Shown here one piece after another: positions 21,006 through 31,029 of a DNA stretch of 64,000 bases (within the stretch, counting starts at the first letter, position 1; each line of letters starts with the position of its first letter). The position numbers and the translations under genes are program-made. Location: contig CAWJTV010000040.1 in the NCBI GenBank assembly GCA_963845755.1, positions 64,001 through 128,000 of the forward strand. Direction: 5' to 3'. The notes beneath the pieces were generated by a model. The model was not told the DNA's origin and ran no database searches. It saw only the letters and a list, made by a program, of their open reading frames with translations. The DNA comes from an uncultured Planctomycetota bacterium (GTDB lineage Bacteria > Planctomycetota > Planctomycetia > Isosphaerales > Isosphaeraceae).

Positions 21006-21218
21006 CCGCACCCGAGCCCCGCGCTCCTCGTCACCCCGGACGAGCGCGGGGCGATTGCGCGCGCCCCTCAAGGTTTGTCCCGCCCCAAGTTCGTCTCGGC
21101 CCGGCGCGAGCGCGGGATGATCGCGTGCGCCGAGCACAGTGAAAGAATCAAGACGGTGCCCCGAACATCATCTCACGCCCGTGAACCGCTTTGAAGATGT
21201 GGTTCACCGGACGCACTC

Positions 21219-21530
21219 CAGCAAGGGGCCCAGTTCCGCAGCCTGACCGACGGAATCGACACCACGACCCCGGCGGGTCGGTTCTTCTTCCACGTGATGG
21301 CGTCGCTGGCCCAGATGGAACGGGAGCTGATGACCGAACGCACCCGGGCCGGGCTGGACGCGGCACGCCGGCGGGGGCGGGTCGGCGGCCGCAAGCGAAG
21401 GATGACACCAGGGAAGGTCGAGTCGGCCCGCAAGCTCTTAAAGGGAGGGATGGCGCCTTGGGACGTGGCCCAGAATCTCGGTGTCTCGATCCCGACGCTT
21501 TATCGATGGGTCCCCGCCACAACTCGTTGA
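21219..21530 (+). pseudogene. serine resolvase/invertase, C-terminal half
   Basis: QFRSLTDGIDTTTPAGRFFFHVMASLAQMERELMTERT...GGR...LGVSIPTLYRW. Cut by the IS66 end. Confidence 0.85.
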
Positions 21531-21579
21531 GCGTCGTCCAGGCACTCGATTCTCGTGGTCCGTTCGTTCCCGAGCGATC

Positions 21580-24234
21580 CTAGCCCAACCCGTAGAGGAG
21601 ATATGGGGCCCAGAAAATCTCGTGGTCGAACCGACCGTCGGCGGACTGCCGCAGAGCTTTGACCGCCTCCTTCAGCGACACCGCAAATGCATTCGGCTCG
21701 CGGTTTGATGCGTCGAATACGTTCCGCCTCAGAGCCGCCGCGTAGTGCGAGGCAAACTCGGCAGCGGCCGCGTCGGCCAGCCACCACATCGCGCCAGACA
21801 TTCGCCGGCACCCGCGGACGGCGAGGGCCGCGAAGAACCCCTCTGCTTGACGGTCGGCATCCTCTGATTTCAATTGGGCGAGGAGGCAACAAGAGGCGTG
21901 AAACAGCCAGCACCCCCGGAAGTCATACTTGTCCGCCACGATCCGGGCGGCGGTCAACGGGGCGTCGCACAGGAAAAGCCCCGGGCTGTCGATCTGGCCC
22001 ACTCCCTCGAGCTCGTCCAGTGCCGTACCGCCATGGCAGGCGGCCCATACAACGGTCGCGTCAGACAGGGCCGTCCGCATGTTGTCTCGACTGGCGTAGC
22101 GGCCGAGGTCCGACGGGTCGGAGGTCAGGTCGCCGAATACCTGCCACCGATTCGCCCCGCTGGCGGCGACCACGTTTCCAACTTCCTCGGCAACGCCAGA
22201 GATGTCATCCCCGAAACGGTACTCTCCGCTTATGCCGGTCGGGTTGGCGAACAACGCTCCCCGTAGGGGCACCGGCCCCTCAAAACGGGTAGATTGACGA
22301 TCCTCGATCTGTTCAAGCGTGTGCAGCGTCCGTAGGGACAGGCCGTACCGTACCGACCCGACGGCGTCGAGGAGTGGTCGTCTGCTCAAACGGACCCAGG
22401 CCGCGTGCAACGGGAGTTGATAGAGCTGCACGTCCGGTAGGAGCACCAAGTGGAGTGTCTCCCACTTTCCGGGGTCTGGCTCGATGTGGTCGAGCAGCTG
22501 GTCGAGCTGCATGACCCGACCTAGCTCCACCATGAGACTGGCGGGGGGACGAGGGTAATCGTCGGTCGGGCCAGACCGCGGCGGCCACTCACAGACCAGG
22601 GGCTCGAGCTCCGTGACGGGGTTGTCGGTGCCGTACCCAGTCAGCCGGTCGAGTTGCTCGCGGAGGTTGTCGGCCGAAGTGCCAAGGGTAACGAGCGGCT
22701 CGGGCAAATCCTGTTCTGTCGTATCCGTACTCCCGACGGCGGGGGCGACACCGACGACGGATAATGCCTGCGACCACTGCTTGGTGAGGCGATTGATTTC
22801 GTGCCAGACGCCTTCGATCACGAAGTATCCGTTGGGGGCAAGTAACTCCGTTGGCTGGCCATCCGGCCCGCGACGGACCGGGACGACGTACAGGTCGTAA
22901 TTGACGAAGTCGAACAGGACGTAGACGGTGTTCGGGTAGCCGGCCGGGGAGGCCGACAACCATGCGGTGAGTTCGTCGGACAGGAGCGGACCGACCACCG
23001 GCCGTTCGGCAGGTTTGGGGTCGTCGGGGAGTTCGACGACGCAGACGGGCAGCCGGCCCGACTCATCCGTGCAACGCCGCCCTCGTCTGATCCCCGACAG
23101 GCTTCCGATAGGGCGGGATACTCGGATGGCCCATTCCTCTTCGTCCGCAACCCACGTTCCGACAGACGGAGGAGAGGGTTGGTGGGCGTGGCGGTGGAGG
23201 GCCTCACGGACCCAGAACGCTTTGTTGCCGTCCAGGAACTCGGTGCCGACGAGTTGGCTGTGATCTTTCCACGACAACTCCCCGTTCTCGTACCGTCTGC
23301 CTTGCGAACGAAGGCCTTCCTCAAATATGCCACTGTGATCGCGCAGCTTCGCCACAATATGATGGGGTGAGCTGCACTCGTCCGTTAACCACCACGCGAG
23401 TTCGAGCTGTGCCAGACGGTAGTACTTCACCGCCGTGCCGTACTGCTTCATGTTCGAATAAACAAAACCTATCCCTCTATATGCAAAACATTTCAATTCG
23501 CTTAGTGAGTCATCCATTCGATCGACCATTTCAGCGGCCTGACGCAAGTGCGGCTCGGCCTCCAAGGGCGAGCCGGTCGTGGCCAATAATTGAGCGTGTT
23601 GAAAATAGGCATGGAATCTGGTGCGTGCGAGCAACTCTGGGACGTCACGCGACTCGTCCGAGGTGACCGACCCAGTAGCAGTCCTCAACCCGTCTGCCAG
23701 GTCGGCTGCTCGCGTCAGGTACGGCTCGGCTTCCTTGGTGCGTTGATGCCTGAGAAGGAAGTAACCGTAGTTTTCGAAGGCGCGGCACCGGATGATTGGA
23801 CCCACTGCTTCGCTGGTGGGATCCATCTTTTCGCTGAGCTGAGCAGCCTGATACAGATACTGCCCGGCCTCCGATACGCGATCGGCTTCCTCGCACTTGT
23901 GGCCGAGCTTAACGAGAAAATCGACGCGTTTGTAGTCGTATCTGATCCTCTGAACCAACGCCGCCATGTCCTCGATGACGTCCCCTGTCGTGACCACAAC
24001 GCCCTCGACACCCACCATCATCTCGCTGTCGATTATGACAATAGATTGAGATTGGTTATCGTCTGCTTGAAGTACGCCAATAGCTGGAGTGTTGCTTGCG
24101 TGGACTTTGAGACTGGATCGAATGTCGGGTAGTTGTGGATCTTCCTTGGCCTCCTGCACCTGGTCAAGGGGGGCAATCCGCACGACTTCCGAGGGGTGCT
24201 TACGGGCCGACGGCTTCCTCCGCTTCCTGGCCAT
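21580..24234 (-). CDS. TPR + CHAT (caspase-like protease) domain protein
   Basis: TPR-like helices (EAEPYLTRA, EAEPHLRQA, AVKYYRLA). CHAT motifs LLPD..LYQLPLHA, ACHG, HASCC, AMWWLAD, FWAPYLLYG. Confidence 0.85.
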   Translation of the reverse strand: MARKRRKPSARKHPSEVVRIAPLDQVQEAKEDPQLPDIRSSLKVHASNTPAIGVLQADDNQSQSIVIIDSEMMVGVEGVVVTTGDVIEDMAALVQRIRYDYKRVDFLVKLGHKCEEADRVSEAGQYLYQAAQLSEKMDPTSEAVGPIIRCRAFENYGYFLLRHQRTKEAEPYLTRAADLADGLRTATGSVTSDESRDVPELLARTRFHAYFQHAQLLATTGSPLEAEPHLRQAAEMVDRMDDSLSELKCFAYRGIGFVYSNMKQYGTAVKYYRLAQLELAWWLTDECSSPHHIVAKLRDHSGIFEEGLRSQGRRYENGELSWKDHSQLVGTEFLDGNKAFWVREALHRHAHQPSPPSVGTWVADEEEWAIRVSRPIGSLSGIRRGRRCTDESGRLPVCVVELPDDPKPAERPVVGPLLSDELTAWLSASPAGYPNTVYVLFDFVNYDLYVVPVRRGPDGQPTELLAPNGYFVIEGVWHEINRLTKQWSQALSVVGVAPAVGSTDTTEQDLPEPLVTLGTSADNLREQLDRLTGYGTDNPVTELEPLVCEWPPRSGPTDDYPRPPASLMVELGRVMQLDQLLDHIEPDPGKWETLHLVLLPDVQLYQLPLHAAWVRLSRRPLLDAVGSVRYGLSLRTLHTLEQIEDRQSTRFEGPVPLRGALFANPTGISGEYRFGDDISGVAEEVGNVVAASGANRWQVFGDLTSDPSDLGRYASRDNMRTALSDATVVWAACHGGTALDELEGVGQIDSPGLFLCDAPLTAARIVADKYDFRGCWLFHASCCLLAQLKSEDADRQAEGFFAALAVRGCRRMSGAMWWLADAAAAEFASHYAAALRRNVFDASNREPNAFAVSLKEAVKALRQSADGRFDHEIFWAPYLLYGLG

Positions 24235-24727
24235 GAGGTCTCACCCTTTCTTGAGGACGCGCCCCTACCTTGGAGGCCATTTCGGCGGAGTATCCCAACG
24301 CCTTGACGAACTCGACGACCGCCCGTTCCCGAGCGTCTGCGGGGAACAGAGACGCCAGTTCGCGCAACATCTGAGGCAACACCTTGTCCGGAGAGAGGGT
24401 CGCTTTGTACGCCACTTTCTGGGCGGCCCGCGAGGAGCCGAGCGACGACCGGACTCCGGCTCTCACAAGCGGGGTCGGCTTCCCGCCGTCAAACTGCATT
24501 TCGCGGAATACCCCTTTGGCCACCCCGTTCCGTAGGGTTGTGGCCACGGTCGTCAGCGCGGGCTCTGGGAGTCCGAGTTCCCGCCGGCGGGCGGCGACCT
24601 TATCCCTCACCTCGGACAGGTAGGCGGCCTCGCGGCCCTCGGCGGTGAGGCTCCAAAGACCTTGCAGGACTTCCACTTCGGCGAACGTGGGGGTGACGAC
24701 CGTCGGCTTATCCACGCGAGACCTCAA
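24200..24727 (-). CDS. BlaI/MecI/CopY-like winged-helix regulator
   Basis: TFAEVEVLQGLW...SEVRD...PALTTVATTLRNGVAKG resembles the BlaI wHTH. Confidence 0.6.
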   Translation of the reverse strand: MRSRVDKPTVVTPTFAEVEVLQGLWSLTAEGREAAYLSEVRDKVAARRRELGLPEPALTTVATTLRNGVAKGVFREMQFDGGKPTPLVRAGVRSSLGSSRAAQKVAYKATLSPDKVLPQMLRELASLFPADARERAVVEFVKALGYSAEMASKVGARPQERVRPHGQEAEEAVGP

Positions 24728-25065
24728 AAAAACTGGCGGGTACTTGATAACTAATCTCTAGTTACCGTAGTATAAGTCAGTCACAGAACCCATAGTAACG
24801 ACAGGGAGCAGCGAAGTCCAGTAGAAGAAGTCCCCGAAGCTCGGCAAGGGATGCGAACTGGTTTCCGTCCGTCTTGCTTGAAAGGTTGAATCCCCGGGGA
24901 GTAGCTGCCCCGTTCCTGTTCAAGCGGAACCCGAAACCATCGGGAGGATCGCCGTGCGCGCCTCCAAGGCCCGGAGCCAACACCCGTGACTCCCGCCGCA
25001 AAGCAACGACCCTCAACCCGGATCTCCCGCACCACCACGTTCAACACCTTGAGAAGGAGCCCTCG

Positions 25066-27001
25066 ATGCCTCGACAACGAAAGCATGCGTACCAGATCGA
25101 GAAGTTGAATCAACTGGAAAACCGCGCCCTCATGACGGCCCGGATCGCCGCGTCCGTCATCCCCGAGACCTCCCCCTGGAATGTCCGGAAGCCGATCATC
25201 GCGGTCCTCGACGGACCCACCGGCTCTGAACACGCGGCCGATGTCGTCAATGTCATTCAACGACGCATTTATGCGTCCGGCCTGTCGCCGGGGAATGTCA
25301 CCATCATGCAACTGGTGGTCGAGGACCCCGCTGGCCGTGTCATTCCCGCCGAACTCATCCAGGCCGTGGCTTCCGCGAAGGCGAACGGGGCCACGGTCGC
25401 GAACCTGAGCTTTCGCTTGGATTCGCTGCGTCCCGAGGATTGGGACGCCCTGGCCGCCGCAGCCGGGGATCTCCCGCTGGTCGTTGCCTCAGGAAATGAT
25501 GGACAGTCCTCGACGTTGGCCGTGTCGCTGAAGGCGAAGGGCTTTAATGCCCTTGTCGTCGGCGCTTCTGACGGGCATGGTCGCCGCTCCTCGTTCAGCG
25601 ACTACGGACCGGGCATCATCTTCGCACCGGGGCAGCGGCTCCGCGTGAATGACCCCGTCTTCGGCCGTGGTCTGGTGAGCGGGACATCGTTCGCGGCGGC
25701 TAACAAGTCGGCGGAGATGGCTGTCATCGCCGCGAGACATCCCGAGTTGAGTCCGGACCAGGCCGCTGACCGAGTGCGCCGCTCCGATGCCACGGTCTGG
25801 GGCCCCGAGGAGGGATTTTCCAAGGACTCGCTCCATCGCCGCGCGGCTGTCGCCAATACAATCGGGGGCAGTCCTGGCACCTTGGCTGGTGCGAAGAGTG
25901 ACCAGCTTAGTTGGCTCAGCCACGCCATCGGCGGCATCACCAACACCTTCAAGGGGGTCTTCAACAAGCTTGCAGACACCCTCAAGAAGATCGACAGTGG
26001 AATCGGGGACCTTTTCCAAAACCTGATTCCGTCGAAACAAAGTATCAAGCGCGTTCTGAATGCACTCGTGCATGGAAATCTATTGGATCTCCTCCCGACC
26101 GTGGAGGCTCTCGGATTCCACATCAGCAGTGACAACTACGGCGAAGTCGTCAATGACCTTGCCCGTAAGTATGGTCGCGGCAACGTCTATGTCGCCTCCC
26201 AGGACTTCGTCCGGTGGTTAGGCCCCCCGACGATGATCAGAGACGGCTTGGCGATTGGCGCTACCGGAGGGGTCGGTCTTGCATTGACAATTGACGACGT
26301 GAAAGCTCACGTCGAGCAAGAGTGGCCACCCCTTCGCAACTGGCTGATCAAGCGGGGCATTGACAATGTTCGACTCCGTCTTGAACTCGATCGTCTCGGG
26401 CTCCTCCGAGGATAACCCCTACTTCGCGATCAAGTGGCCTCACTTCTCGGTCCGCTACAAGGCCAGTTACGTCTTCGGCGCCATCAGACCAACAGTGACC
26501 CTCACACACTACGGTTTCGCCGTGGTCTTCAAGAGTCCCGGGTCGTCCAGCCAGTCATCCAACCCCCCGAGTGCGCCTCCCACGGCAAGCGGCAACCAGC
26601 CTCCTGCAACGTCCCCCCCGGGCGGCAGCAACCCGACCCCGGTATCGCCTCCCCCGCCTAGCGACCCCGGGCCTCCCGCTAACATCACCATCGCCAAGGT
26701 TGAAGGGAAATTCCCAGATTACGTCGCCATCACAAACTCTGGTGAGAACCTCGATCTCGAGAATTTCATCCTCAAGGAGGGCAACAACTCATTCACGTTT
26801 CCGGCCATCACCATTGGGGCTGGCCACACCATCCGGGTGTACTTCGTGAGTGACAATGACTCTTACCGCCTCGGCCAGGCCGAGACCGCCAAGGGGCCAG
26901 AGGACCTCCTCTACCAAGGTTGGGGAATAAGTTCTGGGGAGGTTGTCGACTTTTTGGATCGACAGGGGAATGTCCTTAGCCAAGTTCAGGCCACGGACTG
27001 A
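25066..27001 (+). CDS. secreted S8 subtilase with Pro-rich linker and lamin-tail-like domain (frameshift ~26360)
   Basis: LENRALM N-terminal motif; IAVLDG, EHAADV, VASGNDG, SFSDYG, SGTSFAA; second frame has DYVAITNSG..LDL..F.LK....FTFP. Confidence 0.75.
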
Positions 27002-27190
27002 CGACTGGTCACACCCGGGACGAGTAGGAGGCGACTCTCTCCATGGCCCCGGGTCTGAAGCTCTGGGGCGAACCAACTATCTGATGAGGCGGCGAGGCGC
27101 CTGGGAGGAGCTGATCCTCTCAGGCGTCGCTTGTTTGCTGAGCACCCGCTCACGTCCGCTCCGCCAGCCTGCTGAACGACCGTCACGGTG

Positions 27191-27228
27191 AAGATCGTTG
27201 TTTTTTTCTCCGTTGCTATCGGAACCCC
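27191..27228 (-). repeat. possible Tn3-like terminal repeat truncating tnpA
   Basis: GGGGTTCCGATAGCAACGGAGAAAAAAAACAACG begins where the TnpA-like sequence ends. Confidence 0.4.
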
Positions 27229-27270
27229 GTATCTTTTGTCCTGGTCTTCACTGAGGAAACTAACCGGCAT
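27229..27270 (-). pseudogene. tnpA: Tn3 family transposase N-terminal stub
   Basis: MPVSFLSEDQDKRY, divergent from a resolvase. Confidence 0.6.
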
Positions 27271-27409
27271 ACGGTCCACCGCGTCGCAAAAGTTGTAAGT
27301 TGTGCGACGCCAGCATGCTGGACGGAAACGCTTCACTTTTCTCGTTGCAAATCATAGGAGCAGAATGCTATGGTTTCGCAACATCATTTGCAACAGCTTT
27401 TTACCACTT
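27271..27409. promoter_or_regulatory. Tn3-type res site / divergent promoter region
   Basis: AT-richer intergenic segment with CGCAA/TTGCAA half-sites, e.g. GTTGCAAAT...ATTTGCAAC. Confidence 0.55.
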
Positions 27410-27985
27410 ATGTATATTGGGTACGCCAGAGTATCGACTGAGGATCAAAACCTGGACATTCAGGTCAACGCCCTCAAGCAGGCCGGTTGTAGAATTATCT
27501 TCCAGGAAAAACTCTCCGGAGCGCACCGCCAACGCCCCGAACTCGCCAAGCTGCTGGAGCAACTCCGCGAAGGAGATGCGGTCGTGATCTGGAAACTTGA
27601 CCGGCTTGCCCGCTCGACCCGCGACTTGCTCGATATCGCCGATGCCACCGCCAAGGCTGGTGCTGGACTCAAATCGCTCTCCGAGCCCTGGGCGGATACC
27701 ACGTCGCCCGCCGGGCGGATGGTGCTGACTGTCTTTGCCGGCATCGCGGAATTCGAGCGCGAACTGATCCGGGAACGCACCGGAACCGGCAGGACGGCCG
27801 CTATGAAACGGGGAGTGCGTTTCGGGCGGCCCGCCAGCCTGAGTGGGGAGCAGGCCATGCTGGCAAAGCGGCTTATTGACGAAGGCAAATCTGCCAAGGA
27901 AGTCGCCAAGACATTCGGCGTTAATCGCTCAACTGTTTATAGAACAATGGCATCTGTGGGATGCCTAAACGGTGCGATTCGCTGA
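27410..27985 (+). CDS. tnpR: Tn3 family resolvase
   Basis: IGYARVST, WKLDRLARS, AEFERELIRERT, FGRP, C-terminal HTH. Confidence 0.95.
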   Translation: MYIGYARVSTEDQNLDIQVNALKQAGCRIIFQEKLSGAHRQRPELAKLLEQLREGDAVVIWKLDRLARSTRDLLDIADATAKAGAGLKSLSEPWADTTSPAGRMVLTVFAGIAEFERELIRERTGTGRTAAMKRGVRFGRPASLSGEQAMLAKRLIDEGKSAKEVAKTFGVNRSTVYRTMASVGCLNGAIR

Positions 27986-28023
27986 GTCATAATAGATAAC
28001 ATTTCTCAAGAAGGAAAAACACT

Positions 28024-28500
28024 ATGGCCTATCGTACGGTTCCTGAGTTTTCAAGACTTCCGCTGATTCCTTTGTCACAAGCAACTGTGGATGCGTATGA
28101 GGAGATCACCGAAAAATTTTACCATGTCGATGAGGCCGGTATAGCAGGCTTATTAAATATCTTACCGGCTCAAGAACATCTCGAGAGATTAATGAGTGGT
28201 GAGGCTTATACCGGAACATCAGATCCAAACGAGGCCATGAAGGGCATCCTCTATGGCGCTTCACAACATGAAGCTGAAGAAGCTGGCATCTCAGTGCAAA
28301 CAGCCAAACAGATTAAGCACTTGCTAGCATCAAGTACGCTTTTTGATCGTATCCGCAAGAGTTTCAGTTTGGCAGACCCCACACAGAAAGAAGCTTTTTT
28401 GAAAATTATGCCGACGAATTGTCACTCAGAACTTACCAGTGCTGATACCGAGTTGTTTGGTTCTCCTGATGAAAAGGGCAAGAACGCTCTGCAAAAATGA
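28024..28500 (+). CDS. low-GC transposon passenger, unknown function
   Basis: 158-aa ORF with AAGGA RBS, markedly more AT-rich than the host background. Confidence 0.65.
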   Translation: MAYRTVPEFSRLPLIPLSQATVDAYEEITEKFYHVDEAGIAGLLNILPAQEHLERLMSGEAYTGTSDPNEAMKGILYGASQHEAEEAGISVQTAKQIKHLLASSTLFDRIRKSFSLADPTQKEAFLKIMPTNCHSELTSADTELFGSPDEKGKNALQK

Positions 28501-28685
28501 ATGCTATCATGGCGCATATATCAAGCGACCCTCAAGTATCCGACAAGCTGCAACGCATATGTGAGGCGGTCTATACGATGGCTACTGCCGACACGCCTCT
28601 TACCTATACGGAAGCACTGGCAAGAGTCAGTAAAACTACCCACATTCCGCCTGCGCGTGGGGGCAAAGAGCAATTGGGAGCATAA
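28497..28685 (+). CDS. low-GC passenger ORF (possibly frameshifted continuation of the previous ORF)
   Basis: ATGA overlap with the preceding ORF at an A5 run. Confidence 0.45.
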   Translation: MNAIMAHISSDPQVSDKLQRICEAVYTMATADTPLTYTEALARVSKTTHIPPARGGKEQLGA

Positions 28686-28754
28686 TGGGGCAATCAACTA
28701 CCGTGCGATCTCAACGAAGGAACAACAGCTATTGATCGATGCGCCCCTTCACCG

Positions 28755-28792
28755 CTTATGTCGGTTTTCTGTTCCGTTACTGCCCATACCCC
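28755..28792 (-). repeat. Tn3 family 38-bp terminal inverted repeat
   Basis: GGGGTATGGGCAGTAACGGAACAGAAAACCGACATAAG: 38 bp with GGGG...TAAG ends. Confidence 0.9.
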
Positions 28793-29094
28793 TCATTGAG
28801 GAATGGAAGTCCGCCCGGACGCTCAGGCCGTGGCACCGGGCACAGATGGGCTGCTACTTCCTGCTCGTCGAGGAGGAACTGCGGATTCGTCCGTCGCATG
28901 GCTTCATCGTTCTGGGCGACGACACGCGGCACCGCATTGACAATACCGAGGAACTGCGGGCCTGGGTGCTCGGCCTGGCCGGGCAGATTCGGGCAGCGCG
29001 CGCGGCTGTCGGCGTCCCGATCCCGGTCGAGCCGAAACCGGGGCAGTGCCGGCCGTGCGGGATGCGTGGCCATTGCAGGCAGGCAATGGCATGA
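28793..29094 (+). pseudogene. solo Cas4-like PD-(D/E)XK nuclease, C-terminal part
   Basis: EEWKS, QMGCY, CRPCGMRGHC. Truncated by the Tn3 IR. Confidence 0.75.
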
Positions 29095-29112
29095 GATTAT
29101 TTATAACATCAT

Positions 29113-29829
29113 TTAGGCATCGATTCCGGCGGTTTCAACGGTAGTAGCTTCAGCCAAAGTATCCAAATGGTCTATGAGTTCCACGCCGTTGATCAGTTTG
29201 AGGCGATAAGGAATGTGTGGCTTGATGAAGGGGTCGTCCTTAATCATCGGTGCGAAGTCCGAAGTGGTCGTAACTATTCCCTGAGTCGCATTATGATCTG
29301 ATAGAAGAACTCCAATGAGAGCGCGCACATCGTTGGCCGGAACGAGATGGCCAGGACCATAGGCTTTTACTTGATCGATGATGCGAACCGACCAGTATCC
29401 CCGCTTTACTGCGATGACATCCCTGCCATAGTCGCCGCTACGTGGCGTCAGGATCACCTCGTCGAAACCTGCTCTCTCATAAGCTCCGGCGATTAGTTCC
29501 TCCCACTTGCGGGGATCAAGTTGATAGATGATCGAAGGGTCACGTTTTATCCAACGTGCTATCTCGAACCATGCAGGTGCAACACTCTCGATAAATGCCC
29601 CTTCGTGCGTTTTCTTTCCAAAGGTTACGGCTGCCTGAAGGAGTAAGCCATGATTGAAAATGGCAGATGCAGATACGGAATCCGAAACGTTTATGCTGTC
29701 AGCGACAAATACGTGAAACGTTCGTTCCATTGATCCGCAAGTTGGACATGGTGAGCGCTGCTCGATCGGCAGATCCGCCGATTCGTTCAGAATCGCTCCA
29801 CACCGCGTACAACTTACTGACCTTGCCAT
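29113..29829 (-). CDS. Mrr-like restriction endonuclease with N-terminal Zn ribbon
   Basis: CTRC/CPTC; WEELIA.AY...GF...LTPRSGDYGRDVIA...DQVKAY...GIVTTTSDF. Confidence 0.88.
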   Translation of the reverse strand: MARSVSCTRCGAILNESADLPIEQRSPCPTCGSMERTFHVFVADSINVSDSVSASAIFNHGLLLQAAVTFGKKTHEGAFIESVAPAWFEIARWIKRDPSIIYQLDPRKWEELIAGAYERAGFDEVILTPRSGDYGRDVIAVKRGYWSVRIIDQVKAYGPGHLVPANDVRALIGVLLSDHNATQGIVTTTSDFAPMIKDDPFIKPHIPYRLKLINGVELIDHLDTLAEATTVETAGIDA

Positions 29830-29959
29830 TGGATTCTCTCATGGTAACTGAGCCAGCGTAATAGCCGACCGTTCAAGCGGTTTGATTCTACGAAACCGGG
29901 TTCATAGTGGCAAGATGTTCACAAGCGGTAGGAATACCTCGTCCGACAGAGGAGGTCCC

Positions 29960-30958
29960 TCACAATTGGGAGGCAAGGCATTCGACAAGGTCGGCGAGAC
30001 GATTAACCGCGCTATCCTTGATGATGAGCTTCTGTCCGACCCGGTAGGTCGTGTCCTGGGTCTTGTCGATGTATTCCTGGTCCACGATGCCCTCGCGATG
30101 CGCCAGGAGGTGCCGCTGCTGAAAGAAAACCTTGAGGGCGGCAAGGGACGGAGAGTCCAGGAAGTCCTCATAGCCCTTGCCTGTGGCCGATCGCCAGAGC
30201 GTGCTCGACTCACCGATGTTTTGAAAGAGATTTTTTCGGACGGTGAAGGTGCCGGCGTTCGGCAGGGAATGAAATCTCGCCTCGGCGTAACGCTGAAAAG
30301 AAGCGACGAGCTTGACCAGGCCGTTCTCCAGGATGTGGCGGGCGGTGTTTGCCGCCACATCATCGTCGGCACCGGCCTTCACGGCGGCCATGATGGCAGC
30401 AAGGGAGGCGACGGAGGCGCGCACCGTCTCAACAGCGGCAGCAAAGGTGGTTTTCGCCGAGTTGTGGCCACAGGCGGGGCAGAAGAAAGCGGCGCCGAGC
30501 GAGCTGTAGCGGCAGCCGCAAGACTCGCATGTGAAATGCTGGCGGAGGCAATCCGCAGCGTTTGGAGGTATGACGATAACCGGATGGCCTGGCTGATATG
30601 ACATAGAGAGCTGGATGAAGCCGCCGCGCGGTTGCATGGCGTTGAACCGCTGGCTGTCCTCGGTCAAAGCCGTCCGGACGGTTCTCTCAAGGTAAGCGAG
30701 GCCGGTCTGGCGGATATACCGCCACTGTCCGGGAGTGTTCCACTCGGAGGCTTTGGCCTCGTGGCGGCAGAGGGGGCAATAGGCACCTTCATCCCGGACT
30801 TTATGCTCCCAGTCGTCGAAGAGGACCTTGAATTCAGCCTGGCACTCTTCTGACGGGCAAAGCCGGTCGAGTTGGCCGTCGTCGTCCAGCGGGATTTTGA
30901 TTGGCACAGGGACTCCGCCTTCGAGCCGGTTCAATTCTCGCAGCAGCTTGTCGAACAT
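29960..30958 (-). CDS. multi-Zn-ribbon protein with C-terminal HEPN-like motif
   Basis: CPSEEC, CPLC, CESC, CPAC, then RHLLAHREGIVD (RxxxxH). Confidence 0.7.
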   Translation of the reverse strand: MFDKLLRELNRLEGGVPVPIKIPLDDDGQLDRLCPSEECQAEFKVLFDDWEHKVRDEGAYCPLCRHEAKASEWNTPGQWRYIRQTGLAYLERTVRTALTEDSQRFNAMQPRGGFIQLSMSYQPGHPVIVIPPNAADCLRQHFTCESCGCRYSSLGAAFFCPACGHNSAKTTFAAAVETVRASVASLAAIMAAVKAGADDDVAANTARHILENGLVKLVASFQRYAEARFHSLPNAGTFTVRKNLFQNIGESSTLWRSATGKGYEDFLDSPSLAALKVFFQQRHLLAHREGIVDQEYIDKTQDTTYRVGQKLIIKDSAVNRLADLVECLASQL

Positions 30959-31029
30959 ACGTGTTATGCTCCGCTGACCTTAGCGTCATGCACCTTGGGT
31001 GGACGCATGTTTCCATCATACCGGGCGTC

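Larger units (their letters stand above)
15967..21218 (+). mobile_element. IS66 family element (tnpA-tnpB-tnpC) carrying a nested serine recombinase element
   Basis: Imperfect IRs GTGTCCGTCCGGTGAAGTGCATC / GAGTGCGTCCGGTGAACCACATC (18/23). Flanks do not match, so no TSD. Confidence 0.85.

Noticed and set aside
26540..26680. Pro/Ser-rich repetitive stretch
   Set aside because: Protein linker before the lamin-tail-like domain.
28793..29094. Cas4-like fragment as evidence of a CRISPR-Cas locus
   Set aside because: No repeat-spacer array and no cas1, cas2 or effector genes are visible. It is a truncated solo nuclease.
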